Shown: positions 43,789 through 52,943 of the stretch, piece after piece | Numbering within the stretch: the first letter of the stretch is position 1 | How the letters are laid out: each line of letters starts with the position of its first letter | Origin: a bacterium | GTDB taxonomy: Bacteria > SAR324 > NAC60-12 | Assembly (NCBI GenBank): GCA_965233585.1 | Contig: CBDDTI010000745.1 | Location: 512,001 to 576,000 of the forward strand | Length of the DNA stretch: 64,000 nucleotides | Direction: 5' to 3' | Notes under the pieces: generated by a model | The model's input: only the letters and a program-made list of their open reading frames with translations | Database searches by the model: none | What the model was told of the DNA's origin: nothing | Translations under genes and position numbers: made by a program

Positions 43789-45036
43789 ATGAAAAAGTAT
43801 ATTGCTTTTTTGCTTGGTGGACTTGTGGCAGCGCAAACCTTGAATGCACAGCTATTGATTGAACGTCGTAAGGATCAATTCCCAAAAGATTCAGGTTATC
43901 TGGTTTTACCAGCACCTTATGTGATTCCTGGGATTGGAAATGGTGTTGCAGTTGTTGGAGGAATCAGTGACATTTCGGAAAGCACTACCGATGTTCTTGC
44001 AGTGGTCATTGCTGGTGATGTTGAGGGGGCAAGTCTAATTTTGAACCAACTGCCTGTTTTCACTGAGCGTTTATTGTTCAGTACTTTTGTTTCTAATATT
44101 ACGAAAGCATCAGCCAATGTCTATCAATTCCGTGGTATGGAAGATAACGATAAAGATGACTTTAACATTTTTGAAGCTGAATCTACCTTTGCTGGGCAAT
44201 CTTTGGAGTTAAATTTCTGGGAGAGAAGGTTTTCATTCATTGTTGCACTGACTCAGAGCAGTGTCAAAGTTACAAAAATTAAAGACAAAGATGGAGAAGT
44301 GATTATAGACTTCACGAATACTGATGATGATTCTGGATTATCTGCTCGTACTCGTTTTGACATGACTGATGACTTGGCTGACCCACGCAAGGGGATTCGC
44401 TTAGACGCTAGACGCACTTTTCCTGAAGAAACAAGTGATAAATTTAAATCAGATTTCTATGTCCAAGATTATTCAGCAACTTTTTATTTTCCAGTCTTCA
44501 GTAGCAGTACTATTGTGTCTCATTATTTTCAGTCTGATGCTTTTGTCACTCGCGAAGCAACAACTGATGAGGATGAACTTTTTAAAAAGTTTGACGTTAA
44601 TAATTGTGCGGATGAATGCTCTGAGATAGAAGACTTCACCTTAAAGCACATTTCACGAAAACGTTCCTTAGCAAATAAAAATGGTACAGCAACTCCATTA
44701 GGAGGTACAAATTTATTAAGAGCTTATCCCAATGCACGTTTTGTAGGGGCTCATTCTGCACTGGCTGGAGTTGAATGGCGTTGGAATTTAACTGATTCAG
44801 ACGAGTCTTTCAGCTTATTTTCCTTTGATAATATCCGCCTAGGTTTACAAATGGCATTTTTCTATGAAGAAGGGACAGTGTCTGAAACCTCTGGAGACCT
44901 TTGGGCAGAAAAACAAACTGCGACTGGGGCGAGCTTCCGATTGGTAAGCCCTACTGGAGCAGTCTATCGTTTAAGTGCTGCTCAAGGAGAAGAAGGTTCT
45001 CAAGCAATCCTCTTCTTCAATTATCCATGGGGCTAG
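43789..45036 (+). CDS. Outer-membrane beta-barrel protein, Omp85/BamA-TamA barrel-like
   Basis: SD AAGGAG before ATG 43789, signal peptide, LGG..LLRAY..RF motif, aromatic C-terminus (FFNYPWG). Confidence 0.72.
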   Translation: MKKYIAFLLGGLVAAQTLNAQLLIERRKDQFPKDSGYLVLPAPYVIPGIGNGVAVVGGISDISESTTDVLAVVIAGDVEGASLILNQLPVFTERLLFSTFVSNITKASANVYQFRGMEDNDKDDFNIFEAESTFAGQSLELNFWERRFSFIVALTQSSVKVTKIKDKDGEVIIDFTNTDDDSGLSARTRFDMTDDLADPRKGIRLDARRTFPEETSDKFKSDFYVQDYSATFYFPVFSSSTIVSHYFQSDAFVTREATTDEDELFKKFDVNNCADECSEIEDFTLKHISRKRSLANKNGTATPLGGTNLLRAYPNARFVGAHSALAGVEWRWNLTDSDESFSLFSFDNIRLGLQMAFFYEEGTVSETSGDLWAEKQTATGASFRLVSPTGAVYRLSAAQGEEGSQAILFFNYPWG

Positions 45037-45060
45037 ATTCTAAAACAAAGGCATTCAGTA

Positions 45061-45097
45061 TAAAACACTCAAAAACGTTTCCTTTTTGGGTGTTTTA
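45061..45097. terminator. Hairpin between convergent genes
   Basis: TAAAACACTCAAAAA-cgtttcc-TTTTTGGGTGTTTTA. Confidence 0.65.
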
Positions 45098-45228
45098 GTT
45101 AAAGAATGTTTTGCGTACATAATAGCAACCTAACCAACAATTTTAGGCAAGAGTCCCTAAAAATTTTGGAAAATTGGAGAAATTGAGAGAGTTTAGAAAA
45201 AATTAAAAAACTTTGAGACAGAAGAATT

Positions 45229-45579
45229 TTAATAAAGTTCTAACTCTAGGTCACTCCAAATTCTTACAAAATTCGTGAGTGTCTTTTTTTGCCAGAAAAT
45301 TTGGTTAGAGCCAAGACATTTAATCTTTTTTGAAGAAGCCGCTTGTTTGCGAGCGTACAGAACGAATTTACTGATAGTACTCACTCCCGAACTATTTAAA
45401 AAATTCAGTTCTGTCAGATCCAAAGTAATACCAGAGTCTGATTCATCAAAAGCACTTTGTAGAAGGTTTGCTATTTCTGAATATTCTTGGGTGTCTCTCA
45501 GACGTAGCTCTCCCGATAACTTGATTTTTTGTTCTTCTTGAATATAGATCGCCTTATATTCATCACCTGTTATTTCCAT
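45229..45579 (-). CDS. STAS-like anti-anti-sigma-type protein (slr1659-like)
   Basis: LSGELRL, ITLDLTELNFLNSSG with putative phospho-Ser, WQKKTL.N. Confidence 0.8.
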   Translation of the reverse strand: MEITGDEYKAIYIQEEQKIKLSGELRLRDTQEYSEIANLLQSAFDESDSGITLDLTELNFLNSSGVSTISKFVLYARKQAASSKKIKCLGSNQIFWQKKTLTNFVRIWSDLELELY

Positions 45580-45621
45580 AAAGCATTATAAATATTTGGA
45601 TTAGTAAAATTTTGATAAAAA

Positions 45622-46170
45622 CTAAAGCTCCAACCTAGTTAAAATTTCTACTTCACAGAGGTTGTCTTCAGTCTTGGCTTGAGTAAAATTAAATCCTAAT
45701 TTCACATCGTAATCCTGCATCATCATTAAGTATCCCATTCCAGATCCCTCCTCTTCTTCCAATCTTTGGAAATAGAGTTCTGTCAAGTCAGAATTTAATA
45801 GTTCATTGATTTTATCAACAAATTTGTTTGCTGATTCTTTTGTTAGCAAGTGATGAACTTTAAAGGCAACTCGCCCTTCTTTATGAAAAAAAGTTTTAAC
45901 TTTGACTGAAGAATCTTTGACATCGCAATATTTACTTACATTCTCAATGAGTTCATTTAAAATAAACGATACCACATTCAAGAAATCATCTTGACTTACT
46001 CCTTCGTGATTAAACTCCGTTGCATAGTATTCAGCCCAAAAATTAGCAACCATACTGCAACGTTTCCAAGTAAGTCTAAAATCTTCAGTTTTTGCGTCAA
46101 AAGTAGATATACTGTATCCCTCATCTTGCAATTCCTTATCTGAAAGGTATTGCCCTATACATTGTTCCAT
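45622..46170 (-). CDS. GHKL/anti-sigma-kinase-like regulator (slr1658-like)
   Basis: N-box-like ILNELIENVSKY, G-box-like GSGMGYL, DY..KLG. Confidence 0.72.
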   Translation of the reverse strand: MEQCIGQYLSDKELQDEGYSISTFDAKTEDFRLTWKRCSMVANFWAEYYATEFNHEGVSQDDFLNVVSFILNELIENVSKYCDVKDSSVKVKTFFHKEGRVAFKVHHLLTKESANKFVDKINELLNSDLTELYFQRLEEEEGSGMGYLMMMQDYDVKLGFNFTQAKTEDNLCEVEILTRLEL

Positions 46171-46205
46171 TGTCTAAACCTATTTATCAAAAATTGAAAA
46201 GTCTA

Positions 46206-47843
46206 TTAGTTTTGTTTGATTGCAACTAGTGAAATATCATCATAAATTTTGGCATCACCAATATAATCAAGTAAACTTTGATGGATACCATCTATAATTT
46301 CCTGGGCATTGGATTGGTGATATTTTTGAACAAACTTGACCAAATTCTCTGTTCCAAATTCTTCTCTTTGTGGGTTAATCGCTTCTGTTACTCCATCACT
46401 GTAAAGCACCATGACATCACCTTTTTCCATCTGAAAAGAACGAGTGTTGGTAAAATCTGATATATCAGGCTCCATTCCAACATAGAATCCCAGGCTAATT
46501 GTTTCAATTTCTTCAATCTCTCCTGATTGACGACAAATGATCACACTTTCATGCTGTCCTACAATAGTATATTTATTTTGATATGCAAAAATGAGTGCCA
46601 TTGTCATATTTTTGGTAGCATCAATGCGCTGTGCATTTTGATAGATCACATAGTTGACCCGATTTAAAAATTCTTCCATTCCCAGCTCATCAGCGCTAAG
46701 AGTTCGTATTGCAGTTTGCGCCATCAGCATTAAAACTCCTGAAGACAACCCATGTCCTGTCACATCACCAATACCAATTAAAATGCCATCATTCGGTAAA
46801 GGCAAGATGTCGTAATAGTCTCCCCCAACTTCATCAGCAGGAGACATAAAACCAGCAACGTCAATTCTTTCAAATTGTTTAGTTTCTTTTAACTCTTGGT
46901 TACTAGGGAGTACCATCATTTGGAGTTCCTTAGCGACATTAAGTTCGGCAGACATTCTGCGGTTTTCTCCTTTGAGTTCTGCATTTAACTCTTGGATACG
47001 ATCATTTGCTTGTGAAAGCTCTTTTGTCCTGTCTGCTACTTTCTGCTCAAGGTTTTTTCTGTAATCGTCAATAGTTCTTTCATATTCATTAAAACTATGG
47101 ATCATATCTCCGATTTCATCATTGTCTTTGGTCTCATAGGCATCACACGTGTCTTCTTTGGCAGCATCTTTCAAGAAGGCAGAAAAGACGATAATCCTTC
47201 TAATCGGTTTAACTAAGCTGTAAGTCACCAAACTTAGAACAATAATACTGATTAAAGTGATGATAAGCCAAGCGATCACTAAAAGATTTTGAGTGTCCTT
47301 TGCATGTTGTGAAACCACAAGGTCTGTATCTTGTTGAATTTGTTGAATGACTTCTCCAAGTATTTCTGACGTTTTGCCCCCTTTTCCTCTGACTGAACGA
47401 TCACCCTTAGACGCATCTTGTGTTTCTATGAAAAGTTTCACACCATCTTCATAAGCAAGCATCAATGCTTTGTGGTCTTTGACAAAAGTTTGTAACTTTT
47501 CTGCATAAGGATTTGCAATAGAATGTTCTATCGCTTTCTGGATCATTTCATAGATCCTTTGGCTTCTTTCTGCGACACGTTTTTGGTATTTCTTCAGATC
47601 TTTTTCTTTGTGACCTCTCAAAAAAAGGTTTTTACGATCCTTCGCCTGTGAGTCAAATTGACTTTGAATTTTCTCAATTTCTAAACGAAGTTGATTGTAC
47701 TCATTGGTTTGCTGGTTGAGTTGTTTTAGGTTGAGATTAATCCAAAAAAAGAAAGAGGCTATTCCGACAGTCAGTAAGACAACAGAACTAATGATGACTT
47801 GAATGATTCTTTTGACAATACTTTGACGCTTTTGTATCTCCAT
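46206..47843 (-). CDS. Membrane sensor PP2C/SpoIIE-family Ser phosphatase (periplasmic domain, HAMP, coiled coil)
   Basis: Two TM helices, DEIG HAMP, ADEVGGDYYD, IGDVTGHG, LYSDGVTEA, DDISLV. Confidence 0.92.
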   Translation of the reverse strand: MEIQKRQSIVKRIIQVIISSVVLLTVGIASFFFWINLNLKQLNQQTNEYNQLRLEIEKIQSQFDSQAKDRKNLFLRGHKEKDLKKYQKRVAERSQRIYEMIQKAIEHSIANPYAEKLQTFVKDHKALMLAYEDGVKLFIETQDASKGDRSVRGKGGKTSEILGEVIQQIQQDTDLVVSQHAKDTQNLLVIAWLIITLISIIVLSLVTYSLVKPIRRIIVFSAFLKDAAKEDTCDAYETKDNDEIGDMIHSFNEYERTIDDYRKNLEQKVADRTKELSQANDRIQELNAELKGENRRMSAELNVAKELQMMVLPSNQELKETKQFERIDVAGFMSPADEVGGDYYDILPLPNDGILIGIGDVTGHGLSSGVLMLMAQTAIRTLSADELGMEEFLNRVNYVIYQNAQRIDATKNMTMALIFAYQNKYTIVGQHESVIICRQSGEIEEIETISLGFYVGMEPDISDFTNTRSFQMEKGDVMVLYSDGVTEAINPQREEFGTENLVKFVQKYHQSNAQEIIDGIHQSLLDYIGDAKIYDDISLVAIKQN

Positions 47844-47879
47844 AAATTGATTGCTGTATGTTGACTATGATTTAGATGA

Positions 47880-48959
47880 TCAGATTTCTGTTCTTTTTTT
47901 CTTTTTAGAATAATTGATGAGATGTTGTACCCCCATCACTGTACCCGTCAACCAAAGAATGAGGGCAAAAATAGCGGCAGGAAGAAAAATCCACATACTG
48001 ATATTTTTATTTAAATTTAAAAAACGTCCTTCGTGTATGTCTTCAATGAAGTCTGTCCTACGACGAACAACTTGCAGTATTTCTGCCGTCTGATGGTCAA
48101 AAACAATTTCAAACTTTTCATACCATGCTTTTGTTCGGATAGTGGCAATGCCTTTGCTGGGGTAAACATACAAACGATCCACATCTTTCCACTTTTTAAT
48201 AGGGACTTCTGACACATTTTTGGCACTATCCAAAATTTGACTAAAATCTGCCAGAGGAATTTTGCCGGGGCGAGTTTCATGTTTGGGGTAAACCCAAGTG
48301 GACAAATGCCTGACCTGAAGAAACATTCCTGAAATGATGACGATAAATAGTGGAATCATTAAAGGGAGAGACAGCCAGTAGTGCATTTGACGATTCAACT
48401 TTTTCCAATTCAACTTAGTTCTTTTTTTGGAAAATAAGTTTTTGACTTCTCTCCTGATAGGCTTCAAGAGCATCCAAAAACCAGAGACGAGCAGAAAAGT
48501 AAAAACAATGTTAGCCAGCAAAAAGACGTTGTGACGCAGGTTAATCCCTTCATCAACATTAAAAGGCGTTGCCCAGACTCCCTCATGTATCAAAGTTAGC
48601 CAATCGTTATGTCGTTTCATGACCTGAATTGTTTGACCTGTGACTAAATCCATCTGAGCCTCCCACCTCGTGTTAGTTCTCACCTTGACGATTCCCTTGT
48701 TAGGACGCAAATCTAACAAATAAATATCCTCCCACCCTGACACACTCATCTGGGGAGCAGACTTGGCATTTTGAATAATTTGGTCGTACGTGATTCTTAC
48801 ATCATATTTGGTTTTAGTTTTTTGAGTGGGCGGCTGAATCCAGTCCACCTGTCGTCTAACTTGTATAAAAATTCCTGTAACGATGACTATGAAAATGGGT
48901 ATGCCAGTGATAATAGAACCCCAAAGATGAAGTTTGCGATTGAGCGAGTAAAATTTCAT
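47880..48959 (-). CDS. PepSY-associated TM-helix protein with two tandem repeats
   Basis: LNRKLHLW / LNRQMHYW and IHEG / IHEG duplicated halves. Confidence 0.82.
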   Translation of the reverse strand: MKFYSLNRKLHLWGSIITGIPIFIVIVTGIFIQVRRQVDWIQPPTQKTKTKYDVRITYDQIIQNAKSAPQMSVSGWEDIYLLDLRPNKGIVKVRTNTRWEAQMDLVTGQTIQVMKRHNDWLTLIHEGVWATPFNVDEGINLRHNVFLLANIVFTFLLVSGFWMLLKPIRREVKNLFSKKRTKLNWKKLNRQMHYWLSLPLMIPLFIVIISGMFLQVRHLSTWVYPKHETRPGKIPLADFSQILDSAKNVSEVPIKKWKDVDRLYVYPSKGIATIRTKAWYEKFEIVFDHQTAEILQVVRRRTDFIEDIHEGRFLNLNKNISMWIFLPAAIFALILWLTGTVMGVQHLINYSKKKKRTEI

Positions 48960-49312
48960 AAATTTACCTATATTAGAGTTGAATAATAAGCCAAGTCTCA
49001 CATGATCAACCCAACGCACTGTCAAACCAGCACTTTGAGACAATCAGGTAAGACGTGGCATTGTGAATGTTAAATGTAAAAAATGCAAGCTGTTTTTAAT
49101 GATTTTTGAGTTGTTTTTTCTGAAAATAATATTTTTTTTGATTTTTTAAAGGTCTATAAGTCAAGCAAATAAAAAGTCTTGGAAAGAATTTAAGAATGTT
49201 GGAAAAAATGAAAAATTAATAAACCTATCTGATAAGGAATTGGCGATGTATTGTCTTCAAGTATTGAAAGTAATGGCAGGGTTCAATTCTGTGATCATCC
49301 TGATAGATGCTT

Positions 49313-51016
49313 TTAAGCGAAATTGAACTTGGGCATGGATTCTAACAGGCTTTGAGTATAGGGAGATTGAGGATTTTTGAAGACGTCCTCGCCTTGTCCG
49401 ATTTCTACCACTTCACCATCTTTCATAATCATGACGCGGTCGCACATTTGACGAATCACTGCCAAATCGTGGCTGACAAACAGCATGGTCAGCCCTAGTT
49501 CCTCTTGTAAATCCTTCATCAAGTTTAACAGTTCTGCCTGTACGGTCACATCTAGTGCTGAGGTAGGTTCGTCACAGAATAGAAAGTCGGGACGGAAACT
49601 TAATGCCCGAGCAATCCCAATACGTTGTCGTTCACCCCCTGAAAAATGGTGAGGCTTCTTGTGTACATCATCAGCTCTCAACCCTACTAATTCCATTAAA
49701 TCTGATGCCAGTTGATTCGCATCTTTTGCAGGTAATAGTTGATGAGTTTTCAGAGCGTGGACAATATTTTCCCCCGCACTCATACGCGGATTGAGTGATG
49801 AGTAGGGGTCTTGGAAAATACATTGCAGGGACAGGCAATGTTTAATGCGGTCTTCAGTAGATGTGATTGTGTTAATATTCTGTCCCTTATACACAACCTG
49901 AGACCCATCGTCGCCGTCGTACAGCCCTAAAATCACCCTTCCAACAGTGGATTTGCCAGAGCCTGACTCACCGATAATGCCCAGTGTCTCCCCTGCTAAC
50001 ACGTCAAAGTTGATGTCCTTTAGGGCGTTAAAAACTTCAGTTTTTCCAAAGAAAGAACCTTTTCTCACAAAGGTTTTAGACACATTACGAACAGTCAATA
50101 GAACTGCATCATCTGTGATGATATGAGATTCCTGTTTATCCTTCAGGTAGTCAATGGCGCGTCCACGGTTCCCTGCAACAATGGGTGTAGGAACTTGAAA
50201 ACGGTGAATTTTTTTGTCCACTCGTGGGATAGACCGCATGAGAGATTGAGTGTACTCCACCTGTGCATTGAGCAAAATATCACTGGTGGTGTTATGTTCC
50301 AATAGTTGACCATGACGTAATACGTACACATAGTCACACATTTCTGCAATCACCCCCATATCGTGGGTAATCAATATGATAGCAATGTTGTGTTCTTTGA
50401 CCATGTTTTTAAGGGTCTGCAATACTGCCTTTTGTACCGTCACGTCTAAGGCAGTAGTAGGTTCGTCTGCAATAATCAAATCAGGGTTGGCTGCAATAGC
50501 AATGGCAAAGACTACACGCTGACATAACCCCCCTGACAGTTGATGGGGGTATTTGTTGAGCCGACTTTCTGCCATGGGTACCTTTGCCCCTTGTAGTAAT
50601 TCAATGGCGTATGCACGGGCATCGTTCCCTTTTTTATCCGTGTGTCTTTCAATGGTTTCTATGATTTGTTCACCAATGGTAAGAACGGGGTTTAGGGCTG
50701 TCATGGGATTTTGGTAAACATAGCCAATTTTATGCCCCCGTATGGATTTATAAAACTGTTCAGACTGATTGGATATGAGAGTATTGTTCATAGTGATAGT
50801 GCCGTTTGTGATAGAAGCACTTTCATCTAAGATGCCCAGCATGGCTTTGCCAATAGTGGATTTGCCTGCCCCACTTTCTCCCACTATCCCTACAATTTCA
50901 CCTTTGTCAACTGTCATAGACATGCTGTTTAGAGCTGTGAATTGTCCGCCTTTGGTTTTATAAGTGATGGTTAAATCTTGTACGTTAATCAGTTTATCCA
51001 TAGTGTTAGCTCTCAT
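49313..51016 (-). CDS. Peptide/nickel ABC transporter ATP-binding protein, fused tandem domains
   Basis: GESGAGKS, YPHQLSGG, GESGSGKS, FSGGERQR. Confidence 0.95.
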   Translation of the reverse strand: MRANTMDKLINVQDLTITYKTKGGQFTALNSMSMTVDKGEIVGIVGESGAGKSTIGKAMLGILDESASITNGTITMNNTLISNQSEQFYKSIRGHKIGYVYQNPMTALNPVLTIGEQIIETIERHTDKKGNDARAYAIELLQGAKVPMAESRLNKYPHQLSGGLCQRVVFAIAIAANPDLIIADEPTTALDVTVQKAVLQTLKNMVKEHNIAIILITHDMGVIAEMCDYVYVLRHGQLLEHNTTSDILLNAQVEYTQSLMRSIPRVDKKIHRFQVPTPIVAGNRGRAIDYLKDKQESHIITDDAVLLTVRNVSKTFVRKGSFFGKTEVFNALKDINFDVLAGETLGIIGESGSGKSTVGRVILGLYDGDDGSQVVYKGQNINTITSTEDRIKHCLSLQCIFQDPYSSLNPRMSAGENIVHALKTHQLLPAKDANQLASDLMELVGLRADDVHKKPHHFSGGERQRIGIARALSFRPDFLFCDEPTSALDVTVQAELLNLMKDLQEELGLTMLFVSHDLAVIRQMCDRVMIMKDGEVVEIGQGEDVFKNPQSPYTQSLLESMPKFNFA

Positions 51017-51893
51017 CCTTTAGATATGGATTTGCCCAGTTTCTGATTCTGTCAGAAATGACATTGATGCAAAGCACCAGCGCCACTAAGACTACACCGG
51101 GAAAAATGCTAATCCACCACTTACCCGAGAGTACATAGTCGTTACCATTGGCAATCAATAGACCCAATGATGGCTCTGTAATGGGAACACCAACCCCTAA
51201 GAAAGACAAGGTTGCCTCCGCACTGATGGCACCAGAGATAGACATGGGAATTAGCACCAAGACGGGGGAGATACTGTTGGGTAGCAGGAATCGTGTCATA
51301 ATATGGAATCTGGACATTCCTCCTAATTGGGCGGCATCCATATATTCCTTTTTAATTTCGCTGAGTGCCACCGAACGTACCAAACGTGCTTTTCCTGCCC
51401 ATGCTCCGATGATCAGGGCAATGATGACCTTATCTACCCCAGTGCCAAAAATAGAGAGTATCATTAAGGCTAACAGGACACCGGGAAAACTGATTTTTAA
51501 ATCTACTGCACGCATAACAACCGTTTCAACCCAGCCGCCATAGAATGCAGCACACAATCCCAAAATGACACCAATGATGGTTCCAAAAACCACCACCAAC
51601 AGGGCAACAAATAAACTGATACGGAGACCATACATCACGCTGGATAAAATATCTCGTCCCACGGAATCTGTCCCTAACCAAGCTGTTGTGCCATTCATTA
51701 ATTCCATACCGGGTTTTAACAAACCGTCTAGCACGTCTAATGACTTCAGGTCATAAGGGTTTTGTGGTGCAATCCATGGTGCCAATAGAGCAATAGCAAT
51801 AAAAGACACCAACCCCAACAAAGCTAGTTTTGCATGGGGGTAGCCGTCAAAAATGGCATGATAGAGTTTTAATGTGTTTTTTATCATTTGCAA
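51006..51893 (-). CDS. Peptide ABC transporter permease, DppC-like
   Basis: LGTDSVGRD, EATLSFLGVG, WWISIFPG. Confidence 0.94.
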   Translation of the reverse strand: MQMIKNTLKLYHAIFDGYPHAKLALLGLVSFIAIALLAPWIAPQNPYDLKSLDVLDGLLKPGMELMNGTTAWLGTDSVGRDILSSVMYGLRISLFVALLVVVFGTIIGVILGLCAAFYGGWVETVVMRAVDLKISFPGVLLALMILSIFGTGVDKVIIALIIGAWAGKARLVRSVALSEIKKEYMDAAQLGGMSRFHIMTRFLLPNSISPVLVLIPMSISGAISAEATLSFLGVGVPITEPSLGLLIANGNDYVLSGKWWISIFPGVVLVALVLCINVISDRIRNWANPYLKDES

Positions 51894-51900
51894 TATCCCT

Positions 51901-52866
51901 TTACGTATAACGAATACGTGGGTCTAATAGTGCGTATAAAATATCCACAACAAAGTTGATGGTGACGAACATAGCAGAAATCAAAATCAAGTAAGCAACC
52001 ACCACAGGGCGGTCGGATAAGTGGATGGAAGAGAGCAATAACTTACCAATCCCGGGCCATGAGAAAATGGTTTCTGTCACAGTGGCAAAAGCAATCAATC
52101 CTCCTAATTCCAGACCTGTAATGGTCACAATAGGGATTAAGATGTTGCGTAATAAATGGCGTCCTACAATACGTCTATGGCTGATGCCTTTGGCACGGGC
52201 AAAAGTCATATATTCTTGGAACATGACTTCTTGTGTGCCAGAAAGGGCTAGGCGGTATTGCAGACAAATTTTATAGATGGCTAGGTTGACCGCTGGTAAT
52301 ATCATGTATTTTAAGCCTCCCAACGACAGGAATGACCATTCAATACCCAGCCATTCAACCGTATTTTGACGACCCGATGTGGGTAGCCAATTAAGCCATA
52401 CACAGAACAGCATAATCAATAGCAATGCTTGCCAAAAATTAGGGGTGGAATAGCCCACTGTGGTCATAAAACTGATGCCTTTGGAGGTGTTGCTTTTGCG
52501 GTTTAGTCCTGAGTAAATCCCCATGGGAATGCCGATGGACAGTGCGATGATAATAGCAAAAACAGCAATCTCTAATGTGGCGGGAAGCCGTTCTAAAATC
52601 AAATCTGCCACAGGCTCGTCATAGACAAATGACGTCCCAAAGTCACCACGCAGAACATTACTTATGAAACGCAAGTACTGCATGTACAGGGGCTTGTCCA
52701 ATCCAAGCTCCTTTTCCAAGTGAATGCGGTCTTCATCTGTGAAGTCATCAGGGGCTAGAACAGCCACAGGGTCGCTGGCAACGTACATGCCCCCAAATGC
52801 AATCAAAGACATCAGGAACATTAAAATGACACTTTGTTTCAAGCGATTTGCAAAGTAAACCAGCAT
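51901..52866 (-). CDS. Peptide ABC transporter permease, DppB-like
   Basis: GLDKPL, GDFGTS, ARAKG, ETIFSWPGIG, DPRIR. Confidence 0.94.
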   Translation of the reverse strand: MLVYFANRLKQSVILMFLMSLIAFGGMYVASDPVAVLAPDDFTDEDRIHLEKELGLDKPLYMQYLRFISNVLRGDFGTSFVYDEPVADLILERLPATLEIAVFAIIIALSIGIPMGIYSGLNRKSNTSKGISFMTTVGYSTPNFWQALLLIMLFCVWLNWLPTSGRQNTVEWLGIEWSFLSLGGLKYMILPAVNLAIYKICLQYRLALSGTQEVMFQEYMTFARAKGISHRRIVGRHLLRNILIPIVTITGLELGGLIAFATVTETIFSWPGIGKLLLSSIHLSDRPVVVAYLILISAMFVTINFVVDILYALLDPRIRYT

Positions 52867-52943
52867 GGCAAGAGCTTCCCTTTTGAGGTCAAAAGAAGGG
52901 GGAGAAAAATGAGGCTAACAGAAAACCATTAGCCCCCTACGAT

